41,989 nucleotides of DNA from Gemmatimonadota bacterium (GTDB lineage: Bacteria; 4572-55; J002), in NCBI GenBank assembly GCA_003697105.1, contig RFFQ01000040.1:1-41989 (forward strand), written 5' to 3'. Shown here piece after piece: positions 1 through 8,701 of the stretch; the first letter of the stretch is position 1, and every line of letters starts with the position of its first letter. The position numbers were made by a program, and so were the translations under genes. The notes beneath the pieces were generated by a model. It made no database searches, was not told the origin of the DNA, and saw only the letters and a program-made list of their open reading frames with translations.

Positions 1-2
1 TC

Positions 3-89
3 GACCTCGCGCCGCGCACCACATTGCAACTGAATGCCGGCATAGGTATCCGCTATTTTATTCCCGTCCGAATGGTACGGCCGCAATGA
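3..89 (+). CDS. 3' end of an upstream gene (partial), possibly an outer-membrane beta-barrel protein
   Basis: Open frame from the window edge reads DLAPRTTLQLNAGIGIRYFIPVRMVRPQ*. The alternating LNAGIGIRYF resembles a terminal beta-barrel strand. Confidence 0.35.
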   Translation, partial: DLAPRTTLQLNAGIGIRYFIPVRMVRPQ

Positions 90-152
90 CGTTAGAATTT
101 TCTATTCAGATGATACACGATCTATTTCCCCGCCCATATTAAGGACGCTACC

Positions 153-569
153 ATGAAAATCGAAGTTAAAAAAGAAAATGATATTTACCTGATCCGCCCC
201 TTGGAGCACAAATTGACCGGGGCGATGTTACCGGTTTTCAAAGACACGATGGCTCAATTTTACAAATTGGAAAATGAAACCATTCTGTTGAGCTTAACTC
301 ACGTTATTTTTATGGATCAGGACACCGTACAAATGTTAGTCGAGTATATCAAGCGGTTTCAAGTGAATCATCACTTTGTGATTTGTGGATTAACCCCACC
401 CGTGAAAGCCATTTTTGCCTCCCGGCATTTAGAGGAACAAGTGCTTGTTTACGGGCGAGAGGAGGACGCGCTTGCCGCATTAAACCCAGAACATGCCCAT
501 GAGGATACCCTGCGTGAACGGCTTGAATCTCAATTTGGGCGCTTACTCAAAATCTTTCGGAAACATTAG
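153..569 (+). CDS. STAS-domain protein (anti-sigma-factor antagonist-like)
   Basis: Size and pattern (ILLSLTHVIFMD...ICGLTPPVKAIF...VYGREEDALAAL) match SpoIIAA/RsbV-like STAS. AAGGA RBS upstream. Confidence 0.75.
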   Translation: MKIEVKKENDIYLIRPLEHKLTGAMLPVFKDTMAQFYKLENETILLSLTHVIFMDQDTVQMLVEYIKRFQVNHHFVICGLTPPVKAIFASRHLEEQVLVYGREEDALAALNPEHAHEDTLRERLESQFGRLLKIFRKH

Positions 570-573
570 ACAC

Positions 574-2205
574 ATGCCAACAGGACATCCACTCGGCACC
601 ATCGTTCGGGGATCGCTGACCGGTGGGCTTGAAATGAAACTGAATGCGGATCAATCCGTGGAAGATATTCGCGCCGGTAAGTTTGTGGTGGTACACGGTG
701 ACCGCCATGAATTTTTTAGTATGATTACTGATGTCCAACTGGATTCCACCCAACCTCAGGCGTTGCTCAACCCTCCCGATTCCCGTAACGACCTGCTGTT
801 TCAAGTGTTGCAAGGAACGACGCTCTTCGGGACGGTGAAACTTAAACCCATGTTAATGCTGGCGCGAGATGAAGCCGATGCCGAACATGAAGCGCGTCCG
901 GTTAAAACCATACCGGTGCATTTTGCCCCCGTTCGGGATGCCAGTGAAGAAGATGTCGGGCGGGTATTTGGTAGTGAAGCCGAAGGAGCACATTTTTTTA
1001 ACATCGGTACCCCCTTGGATATGGAAACACCGGTTTGCCTGAACCTCAAGCGCTTTTGTGAGCGCAGTAACGGCATTTTTGGTAAAACCGGCACAGGAAA
1101 AACGTTTTTGACCCGCTTGGCGCTCTGTGGCACGATCAAATCCGATCTCGCCGTCAATTTGATTTTTGATATGCATAGCGAATACGGCTTTGAGGCGTAT
1201 GCAGAGGGCGGCGGCGGTGGCGTTGTGAAAGGGTTAAAACAACTATTTCCGTCCAAAGTCGCCGTATTTAGCCTCGATCCGGAGTCGGCAAAAATGCGCA
1301 ATATTACGCCAGATTGGTTTGTGGAAATTCCATACGACCAGATTCAACCGGATGATGTGGCAACACTGGCAAAAGAACTCAATCTCACCAGTACGGCAGT
1401 CGAAACGTCATTCCTGATTTTTAACCGCTATAAACGCAATTGGTTAACCACCTTACTCGATCAATATCCCGAAAATTTAAAGGAATTTGCCGAAGATTTG
1501 GGTGCGAATGCGAACGCCGTCGGGGCGTTGTACCGTAAGCTTAAGCGATTGGAAAGTCTGCCGTTTTTAAGCCGCCGCGTGCCGGAAGATGCGGTGCAAA
1601 AAATCATGACGTATTTGGATCGAGGGCGGAATATCGTCCTTGAATTTGGGCGACAAAGCAGTATGCTCAGCTACATGCTCGTCGCCAATATCCTCACCCG
1701 GCGTATTCACGAGTTGTACATCGAAAAAGCGGAGAAATTTCTTGCTACAAAGCGCCCCGAACACAAACCCCGCCAATTGATGATCACTATTGAAGAAGCT
1801 CACAAATTCCTAGACCCCGAAACCGCCAAACAGACCATTTTCGGCACCATCGCGCGGGAAATGCGGAAATATTTTGTATCCCTGTTGATCGTCGATCAGC
1901 GCCCGTCGGGGATTGACCCAGAAGTCCTTTCCCAAATCGGGACACGCATCACCGCATTACTCAATGATGAAAAAGATATTTCTGCCGTGATGACCGGCGT
2001 CAGCGGGTCTGAGGCGTTGCGAAATGTCCTTGCCAGTTTGGATACGCGGCAACAAGCGCTCATTTTTGGTCATGCCGTGCCAATGCCGGTCGTTATTCGC
2101 ACCCGCAATTATGACCATCAATTTTATAAAGAAATGGGACATCTGGAAGGTGAACATTTGCAAAAACAAGCCGAAAAAAACATCGCCGAACTTTTTGGGG
2201 AATAA
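574..2205 (+). CDS. herA: HerA/FtsK-family ATPase (DUF87) with N-terminal HAS-barrel
   Basis: N-terminal GTIVRGSLTGGL beta-barrel, Walker A GKTGTGKT, FDMHSEY, Walker B ITIEEAHKF, REMRKY and VDQRPS. Start placed at the ATG at 574, 4 nt after the STAS stop, rather than at 493. Confidence 0.85.
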   Translation: MPTGHPLGTIVRGSLTGGLEMKLNADQSVEDIRAGKFVVVHGDRHEFFSMITDVQLDSTQPQALLNPPDSRNDLLFQVLQGTTLFGTVKLKPMLMLARDEADAEHEARPVKTIPVHFAPVRDASEEDVGRVFGSEAEGAHFFNIGTPLDMETPVCLNLKRFCERSNGIFGKTGTGKTFLTRLALCGTIKSDLAVNLIFDMHSEYGFEAYAEGGGGGVVKGLKQLFPSKVAVFSLDPESAKMRNITPDWFVEIPYDQIQPDDVATLAKELNLTSTAVETSFLIFNRYKRNWLTTLLDQYPENLKEFAEDLGANANAVGALYRKLKRLESLPFLSRRVPEDAVQKIMTYLDRGRNIVLEFGRQSSMLSYMLVANILTRRIHELYIEKAEKFLATKRPEHKPRQLMITIEEAHKFLDPETAKQTIFGTIAREMRKYFVSLLIVDQRPSGIDPEVLSQIGTRITALLNDEKDISAVMTGVSGSEALRNVLASLDTRQQALIFGHAVPMPVVIRTRNYDHQFYKEMGHLEGEHLQKQAEKNIAELFGE

Positions 2206-2284
2206 AGATGGCGCATCACATGGTAACTTCAGCCGGTTCAGGCTGACGTATCCCCACAACAGTAAGCACAGATAACCGCTCATT

Positions 2285-2695
2285 ATGCGAACTTCAATCC
2301 GTATATCTACCCATCAGCGTACCGAAATGATTGATATTACCCGGCAGGTGGAACAGGTGGTGCATTCTCATGGTATTCAAAGTGGCGTCTGCATCGTTTT
2401 TGTACCTCATACCACTGCCGGCATCACCATTCAGGAGAACGCCGATCCCGATGTCAAACGGGATATGTTAATGGAGATCAACAAAATGGTGCCGTTTGAG
2501 GATGGCTATCGCCATGCGGAAGGGAATTCGGCGGCGCATATCAAAACGGCACTTTTTGGTAGTTCGGAATCGATCCTCATAGATCAAGGTGACCTACTCT
2601 TAGGGCGCTGGCAAGGCATCTATTTTTGTGAGTTTGATGGTCCGCGTCAACGAACCGTTCACATTAAACTTATCAAGGATAAGGAGGGGGAATAA
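2285..2695 (+). CDS. yjbQ: YjbQ/UPF0047 family protein (secondary thiamine-phosphate synthase-like)
   Basis: HTTAGITIQENADPDV, HAEGNSAAHIK and LGRWQGIYFCEFDGPRQR signature motifs. Confidence 0.92.
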   Translation: MRTSIRISTHQRTEMIDITRQVEQVVHSHGIQSGVCIVFVPHTTAGITIQENADPDVKRDMLMEINKMVPFEDGYRHAEGNSAAHIKTALFGSSESILIDQGDLLLGRWQGIYFCEFDGPRQRTVHIKLIKDKEGE

Positions 2696-3562
2696 ATGGA
2701 ATTACAAGTGGGAAACCGATTCCTAGACCGGTACGACATTCTTGAACTCATTAATCGGGGTTCACTCGGGAATATTTATAAAGCAAAAGATCGGCAGAAA
2801 AACCAGTATGTGGCGATCAAAATGTTGCAATGTACGGAAGCAGGAAGTATTATCCCGTGGCGGAGACGGGTTTATCGCTTTGTGAAAGAACACCGGATAC
2901 TATCCCGTTTACAGGGTAGCGAACATATCGTCCAGCTATACGATTTTGGCGAATGGGGGGAAGATTATTATCTCGTGCTGGAATATATCGAGGGTAAACC
3001 CCTCAGCCATTGGAAGGGGAAACATTGGGACTTTCCGCTCCTGACCCACGTCATCCGGCAATGCTTGCAAGGACTCGCCACAATGCACAGCAAAAAAATG
3101 ATTCATCGCGACTTTAAGCCCAGCAATATCATGGTAACGGGGCTAAATGAAAAGGATGAGCCCGATCTCGCTCAGGTGGACGCCAAGGTCATCGATTTGA
3201 ATTTGGTCAAAACGGATACTACTCAGGGAGAGACGGCTTCGGATGAGTTAGTGGGGACTCTGTTCTACATGGCACCCGAGCAGTTTAAGCGCGAACACAT
3301 TGATGCCCGGAGTGACCTCTATTCCGTCGGTGTGGTGATGTACGAAATGGCAACGGGGCATTACCCGATTCAAGGAAATAATGCTATTGATTTGGTATTT
3401 CAGTTAGTCGGTAATGGCCAGCCGGAGCCGATCTCCTCGTATCGACCGGAAATCCTCTCGGAGTTAGACCAGCTCATCCTCAGGTTATTGCAAAAAAATA
3501 AAGAAGACCGACCAGAGAGTGCGTCTGAGGTGATTGACATCCTAAATTCCATTGGGATATGA
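2696..3562 (+). CDS. Hanks-type Ser/Thr protein kinase, catalytic domain only, with atypical DLN in place of DFG
   Basis: GSLG loop, VAIK, HRDFKPSN, KVIDLNL, GTLFYMAPE and DLYSVG. GGAGG RBS; start abuts the yjbQ stop. Confidence 0.88.
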   Translation: MELQVGNRFLDRYDILELINRGSLGNIYKAKDRQKNQYVAIKMLQCTEAGSIIPWRRRVYRFVKEHRILSRLQGSEHIVQLYDFGEWGEDYYLVLEYIEGKPLSHWKGKHWDFPLLTHVIRQCLQGLATMHSKKMIHRDFKPSNIMVTGLNEKDEPDLAQVDAKVIDLNLVKTDTTQGETASDELVGTLFYMAPEQFKREHIDARSDLYSVGVVMYEMATGHYPIQGNNAIDLVFQLVGNGQPEPISSYRPEILSELDQLILRLLQKNKEDRPESASEVIDILNSIGI

Positions 3563-3574
3563 CGTGGTATCGTT

Positions 3575-4402
3575 ATGAATCTTGAGGATTGCCTTTTTGA
3601 AGAACGCTATCATATCATGTCTAAAATCGGTCAAGGCGGGATGGGCATAGTCTATAAAGCCATTGATACGCAAACCCAGCAACCGGTTGCCCTTAAATTT
3701 TTGCTCTTCGAGTTTGAAACCAACCGTCGCAAACGCTTTGGACGCGAGTTTCAAACCCTTGCCCAACTGAACCACCCACATATCCTCCGGGTGTTCGACT
3801 ATCGGGAAGAGAGCCTCAACGGTCCATTTTTTGTAATGGAATTTTTGGACGGCGAGCCGCTCTCCAATCGCGCCGTACGACCCCAATCCGTTACAGACAT
3901 TGTAACGTGTGCCCAACAGCTTTTTCAGGCACTGGCGGAAATTCACCGGCATGGGATTATCCACCGCGATTTAAAGCCGGCGAACGTGATGCGGCTCATG
4001 CCATCGGAACACCTTCACCTCAAATTGATGGATTTTGGGTTGGTCAAACACGATGATTTCACGGAGACCTTAACCCAATCCGGGGAAATTGTCGGCACAC
4101 TGGCGTATATCTCCCCAGAACAGGCAACCGGACGCCCCCAAGATCATCGCTCCGACCTCTATTCTGCCGGGGTGTTGCTGTATGAACTTATCGCCGGACG
4201 ACCCCCCTTTGTCGCCGATTCGTTTATGTTGATCCTTCTTCACGCCCAAGATACACCGCCCCCTTTGACGGAGTTTCGACCGGATATACCACCCGAACTG
4301 GCGCAGGTAGTCCATCGTCTATTAGAAAAAGAGCCGGAGGCGCGGTTTGCTTCTGCGCAAGAGGTTGTTGAAATCCTTTCGGCAATTCAGAAAAGGCTAT
4401 AA
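3575..4402 (+). CDS. Hanks-type Ser/Thr protein kinase, catalytic domain only
   Basis: GQGGMGIVY, VALK, HRDLKPAN, DFG, GTLAYISPE and DLYSAG. Confidence 0.93.
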   Translation: MNLEDCLFEERYHIMSKIGQGGMGIVYKAIDTQTQQPVALKFLLFEFETNRRKRFGREFQTLAQLNHPHILRVFDYREESLNGPFFVMEFLDGEPLSNRAVRPQSVTDIVTCAQQLFQALAEIHRHGIIHRDLKPANVMRLMPSEHLHLKLMDFGLVKHDDFTETLTQSGEIVGTLAYISPEQATGRPQDHRSDLYSAGVLLYELIAGRPPFVADSFMLILLHAQDTPPPLTEFRPDIPPELAQVVHRLLEKEPEARFASAQEVVEILSAIQKRL

Positions 4403-5373
4403 TGGGACTGGATTTTCTCAATACATACGAAAAAGAACATCAGGCACAGGAGCAACTCCGGCAAGCCGCCGAATCGTTTGCCGCTACGCTAAAGGAACGA
4501 TTGTCCGAGCGACGGTTGATCCTGCAAAATAGCCCGTTCCGCCAGACGGTAAACGCCCTGATTAACGAGATCGAACACCGCACCGGTTGGACATTCCAGC
4601 AAACAGAGATCGAATCCCGCCATGCCGTTATCGATTTGAAGACCCATACCCCTATTTTTGAACATTTTGCCTTGACCGGTCAACGCAATCCGGTCTTTGA
4701 AGCCATCCAACGTCAAGCAGAATACCTGACGGACACGGTTTTACATCATCGGGAAACCACCCTGATTTATGGGGTCCCGGAAGTCGGCTGGCAATTTCAG
4801 AGCGAACAATCATCCATCCATCTGGAGATCATCGGCGATTTTGACGGTTATGAAGTACGTTGGTGGCAAACAACATTCGGTGAGCCGGAATACCGGCTCC
4901 GGGACAGCCGCCGGTTTGACCCGCTAACACTTTCCAAAGCGGATGTAGAAGATTGGTTTGAGCGGTGGTTTGATCTCCACACCGGGGGACCCGAACAGCG
5001 CCAAAACCGGCGGCGGATCGCCCTAAAAGGGCTTTTTTTCATCCTAATCTTAGCGATGCTTACCGGTGGCGCCTATTGGTGGACCGCCGGTTTTACCCGA
5101 TACCCGAAACTACCGGCAAAATGGTCACCGCTCTGGACATGGCATCATAAAACGCAACCGGTGTTAATGACCATTACAACCACTCATTTACGAAGTGGCC
5201 CCGGCACACAATATCCGGCGGTCACGCCACTCCCGGCGAAAACCCCATTGCTTCCGGTGGGTCACCTCCCGCCCGAAAATGGATGGGTTGCGGTAAAATA
5301 TCAAAAAGCAGATGGCTTTTGGTTGCAGGGATGGGTACCGCAATCCATACTTCAACCCCAGAAACAGGACTAA
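4402..5373 (+). CDS. Single-pass membrane protein with C-terminal bacterial SH3 (SH3b) domain
   Basis: Basic stretch then hydrophobic helix (RRRIALKGLFFILILAMLTGGAYWW). C-terminal HLRSGPGTQYP...GWVAV...GWVP. TAATG overlap with the kinase stop. Confidence 0.72.
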   Translation: MGLDFLNTYEKEHQAQEQLRQAAESFAATLKERLSERRLILQNSPFRQTVNALINEIEHRTGWTFQQTEIESRHAVIDLKTHTPIFEHFALTGQRNPVFEAIQRQAEYLTDTVLHHRETTLIYGVPEVGWQFQSEQSSIHLEIIGDFDGYEVRWWQTTFGEPEYRLRDSRRFDPLTLSKADVEDWFERWFDLHTGGPEQRQNRRRIALKGLFFILILAMLTGGAYWWTAGFTRYPKLPAKWSPLWTWHHKTQPVLMTITTTHLRSGPGTQYPAVTPLPAKTPLLPVGHLPPENGWVAVKYQKADGFWLQGWVPQSILQPQKQD

Positions 5374-5376
5374 CAG

Positions 5377-6624
5377 ATGATGATGACTCACCGTGTTGTC
5401 ATTACGGGAGTGGGCGCGATTACTCCGGTCGGTTTAACTGCCTCCGAAAGTATGCGGCAATTGTGCGCGGGGTGCTCCGGTATTGCCCCGATCACTCACT
5501 TTGATGCCTCGGCGTTGGCATCACGTATTGCCGGTGAAGTCAAAAATTTTGACCCGACCGGTTATCTGGATCAAAAAATCGCCCGGCGGATTGGACGGTA
5601 TGCCCAGTTTGCTATTGTTGCCGCTCAGGAAGCCCAAACCCAAGCCCAATGGGATATAACTCAGGAAGAACCCACCCGCGTGGCATCCCTGGTGGCATCC
5701 GCTATTGGGGATTTTCCCTTGCTGGAGCAACAGATGAAGACCTTTTTGACCCGTGGTCCGGGGAAAATGAATCCCTTCACCGTGTCGCGGGTGAGTTCCA
5801 GTATGGCAGCGGGGAATATTTCGTTGCATTTCGGGGTGCAAGGTGCTAGCTACGGTGTCTCATCGGCGTGTTCCACGGGTAGTCACTCGCTGGCGACAGC
5901 ATGGATGCTACTCCGGTTGGGCTTGGCGGATGTGGCGGTGGCAGGCGGCACCGAAGCGGCGATTTCGGCATCGTTTCAGGAATCCTACATCACAATGCGC
6001 GCCCTCTCCACCCGCAATGATGCGCCGCAACAGGCAAGCCGCCCCTTTGATAAAGACCGCGATGGGTTTGTAATTGGTGAGGGGTGTGGTGTCCTGATTT
6101 TAGAGACGCTGAAACACGCGCAACGCCGGGGGGCACCCATTCTTGCAGAACTCGCCGGCGTGGGAATGACCTGTGATGCCTATCATTTAACTGCAAATCA
6201 TCCCGAGGGACGCGGCGCGGCACAAGCGATGCGCATGGCGCTTCAAACCGCCGGACTGGCACCGGAACAGATCGATTATATTAATGCGCATGGCACATCC
6301 ACCCCAATGAATGACCCGATTGAAACTCAAGCGATCAAAACGGTGTTTGGTGAGGCGGCATACCGGATACCGGTTAGCTCAATCAAATCCATGATCGGGC
6401 ACTGTATCGGCGCCTCTGGGGCGATTGAAGCGGTGGTCTGCGTAATGGCACTCCAACAGAACATCATTCCCCCCACGATCAATCTGGACGAACCGGATGC
6501 CCGGTGTGATTTGGATTATGTGCCCCATCAGGCTCGTCATGCGGATTTAAACTTCGTCATGTCGAACTCATTTGCATTTGGCGGGCAAAATTGTGTGCTT
6601 ATTTTTCGCAAATTTACCGGATAA
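5377..6624 (+). CDS. fabF: Beta-ketoacyl-ACP synthase II
   Basis: RVVITGVG, catalytic SACSTG, YINAHGTST, KSMIGH and SNSFAFGG. Three consecutive ATGs make the exact start uncertain. Confidence 0.92.
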   Translation: MMMTHRVVITGVGAITPVGLTASESMRQLCAGCSGIAPITHFDASALASRIAGEVKNFDPTGYLDQKIARRIGRYAQFAIVAAQEAQTQAQWDITQEEPTRVASLVASAIGDFPLLEQQMKTFLTRGPGKMNPFTVSRVSSSMAAGNISLHFGVQGASYGVSSACSTGSHSLATAWMLLRLGLADVAVAGGTEAAISASFQESYITMRALSTRNDAPQQASRPFDKDRDGFVIGEGCGVLILETLKHAQRRGAPILAELAGVGMTCDAYHLTANHPEGRGAAQAMRMALQTAGLAPEQIDYINAHGTSTPMNDPIETQAIKTVFGEAAYRIPVSSIKSMIGHCIGASGAIEAVVCVMALQQNIIPPTINLDEPDARCDLDYVPHQARHADLNFVMSNSFAFGGQNCVLIFRKFTG

Positions 6625-6641
6625 TTCGCGACGAGTTGATC

Positions 6642-7463
6642 ATGTTTTTATGGCATAATCCCCTATTTGTCAAAGAAGTTCGTAGCCGTATTCGTGGGCG
6701 TGGAGCATTCATCATCTTGACCGTTTATGGCGCGTTATTGGCGGCACTCATCGCCTTTATTTATTACGAAGATGTGCTCCGGTCACACGCTTGGGGTACG
6801 ATTACAAGCGGTCGAGATTTGTTTTACGGACTTTTTGCGATCCAACTAACGGCGGTCTGCGTGATCAGCCCCAGTTTGACAGCACCGAGCATGACCCTCG
6901 AAAAGGAAAAGCAGACATTGGAAATGTTACTGATGACGCATCTAACGGCGGCTCATATTATGTCCGGTAAATTGCTCTCAACCCTATTATTTGGCTTTTT
7001 ATTGTTGATTTTATCCCTGCCGTTTGCCTCCATTGCCTTCATTTTGGGAGGTGTCGCACCGCAAGAGGTGATCGCCGCTTACGGGTTGATGTATATCGAA
7101 ATGATCGTTTACGGCTATATTGGTTATCTTTGCTCGCTTTTTTTCAACCAGACCAAAACAGCCACCTCCGTTTCCTTTTTGATTGTGTTGGTATTAAGTT
7201 TAGGGACGTTGGTTTTGGGGGTGATGCTTGAGGAGTTTGACCTGCTCTCGAAAGCGGCAGTTGTAAGTTTTATTTTTCCAATAACCCCCGTCACCACCGC
7301 CGTTTCACTCCATGACCCCAATGTGTTTTCCTCGGATTTGAAAGCGGTCTGGGGACCCCATGTTTCCTTGTGGATGGTGCATCTCGGTTATTCGGTAGTA
7401 GTCCTGTTGAGCGGTGTGGTGTGGGGTCTGCTTCGTTTCCACCGGCTTGCCCGCGCACGATAA
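6642..7463 (+). CDS. ABC-2-type transporter permease subunit
   Basis: NPLFVKEVRSRIRG N-terminus, EKEKQTLEMLLMT...GKL motif and about six hydrophobic helices. Start at the ATG at 6642. Confidence 0.8.
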   Translation: MFLWHNPLFVKEVRSRIRGRGAFIILTVYGALLAALIAFIYYEDVLRSHAWGTITSGRDLFYGLFAIQLTAVCVISPSLTAPSMTLEKEKQTLEMLLMTHLTAAHIMSGKLLSTLLFGFLLLILSLPFASIAFILGGVAPQEVIAAYGLMYIEMIVYGYIGYLCSLFFNQTKTATSVSFLIVLVLSLGTLVLGVMLEEFDLLSKAAVVSFIFPITPVTTAVSLHDPNVFSSDLKAVWGPHVSLWMVHLGYSVVVLLSGVVWGLLRFHRLARAR

Positions 7464-7480
7464 TCCGGCGAAAAAACTAT

Positions 7481-7510
7481 TTGACAGAAAAAGTGAAAAT
7501 GTGATATGTT
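7481..7510 (+). promoter_or_regulatory. sigma70-type promoter for the HEPN and transferase genes
   Basis: TTGACA-N18-TATGTT with an extended -10 TG and an A-tract upstream. Confidence 0.65.
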
Positions 7511-7556
7511 GTGGGAACTTCACCTATCGTTTATCCCCAATAGATAGAGGTCAAGA

Positions 7557-7979
7557 ATGTCCGCCACCATTCCATCCAATTGGCTTCGTTTTGCCAAAGA
7601 GGATTTGCAAGCCGCTGAAGTGCTAATGCGCGGCGAGCAATTCAATCAAGCTTGTTTTCATGCCCAACAATCGGTTGAGCGCGTGTTAAAAGCGTTACTC
7701 CAAAGCAAAGGGATGCCCATCCCTAAAATTTGCCTGATCACGGAATTGCTGGAGATGTGTTATCCGGTGGATGAAAACCTGAAAAGTTTTGAAGTAGATG
7801 CCCAATGGATGGATAAATACTACCACTCTACGCGCTACCCGGATGCGGACCCAGCAACCCTACCTGCGAATCCACCTCAACAAGAAGAAACAGACCGGGC
7901 GTTACGAATCGCCAAACAGATTTTTGAGTACGCCCTAAAACGCCACTTTAAAGAACATAAAATTATTTTGTTATACTAA
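7557..7979 (+). CDS. HEPN-domain protein (no partner MNT nearby)
   Basis: WLRFAKEDLQAA...ACFHAQQSVERVLKALL...TRYPD pattern of the PF05168-type HEPN family. Confidence 0.85.
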   Translation: MSATIPSNWLRFAKEDLQAAEVLMRGEQFNQACFHAQQSVERVLKALLQSKGMPIPKICLITELLEMCYPVDENLKSFEVDAQWMDKYYHSTRYPDADPATLPANPPQQEETDRALRIAKQIFEYALKRHFKEHKIILLY

Positions 7980-7988
7980 TCCCACTTC

Positions 7989-8690
7989 ATGAAATCGATT
8001 CCTCCCATCCAACCGACCTTAAGTGTGCCCCGCACATGCGGCTATTTTTCGGATCGGCAGTGGGTGTTTGAAGAATTCGGGTACGAGTTTGTTCGCCCGC
8101 AAGTACTCGATGAGTTATTGGCGGCAGGATGGCGGCATTTTGGTATCCATTTTTTTCGTCCGCGATGCCCAGCCTGCCAAGCCTGCCAACCGATCCGGAT
8201 ACCGGTTAAAACGTTTTCCCCCAGCCGGAGCCAACGCCGGGCACTCCGTAAAAATACGGATGTGACCCTAGAAATTGTTCCCCCCGAACCCCGCTTAGAT
8301 ACCTTTCATCTGTATGCCAGGCATAACCAACAGCGGTTTAAAACCAATGCTTCCCCCGAATTTTATCTGTGGGGATTGACCGACAATGTTTGTCAAACCA
8401 AGGAATTTCGCTATAAATTAAACGGGCGTCTGATTGCCGCCGGTTTTATTGATGAAGGTATTACCTCGCTTTCCTCCATGTATTTTGTATATGAACCACG
8501 CTATGCCAAGCGCAGTTTGGGGGTGTTCAGTATTTTGAAAGAAATTGAATATGCCCAAAAGACAGGACGAGAATATTACTATCTGGGGTATTACATCGAG
8601 GGGAACTCCCACATGTCCTATAAAAATGCCTTCAAACCCAATGAAATTTACGATTGGGAGACCCAAAGTTGGTGGGAATTCCTAGAGTAA
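7989..8690 (+). CDS. Arginyl-tRNA-protein transferase family (bacterial Bpt/ATE-like aminoacyl-transferase)
   Basis: CGYF, GWRHFG..FFRPRCPACQACQPIRI, SRSQRR, SLGVFSILKEI and YYYLGYYI...MSYK. Confidence 0.9.
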   Translation: MKSIPPIQPTLSVPRTCGYFSDRQWVFEEFGYEFVRPQVLDELLAAGWRHFGIHFFRPRCPACQACQPIRIPVKTFSPSRSQRRALRKNTDVTLEIVPPEPRLDTFHLYARHNQQRFKTNASPEFYLWGLTDNVCQTKEFRYKLNGRLIAAGFIDEGITSLSSMYFVYEPRYAKRSLGVFSILKEIEYAQKTGREYYYLGYYIEGNSHMSYKNAFKPNEIYDWETQSWWEFLE

Positions 8691-8701
8691 ATCCCCAAAC
8701 G

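Noticed and set aside
493-573. Extended N-termini in the ORF track (HerA 493; also SDR 9787, HU 20552, TPR 24088, ligase 29952, fusion 31404)
   Set aside because: The extensions overlap neighbouring genes, promoters or terminators. The downstream ATGs fit RBS position or family N-termini better.
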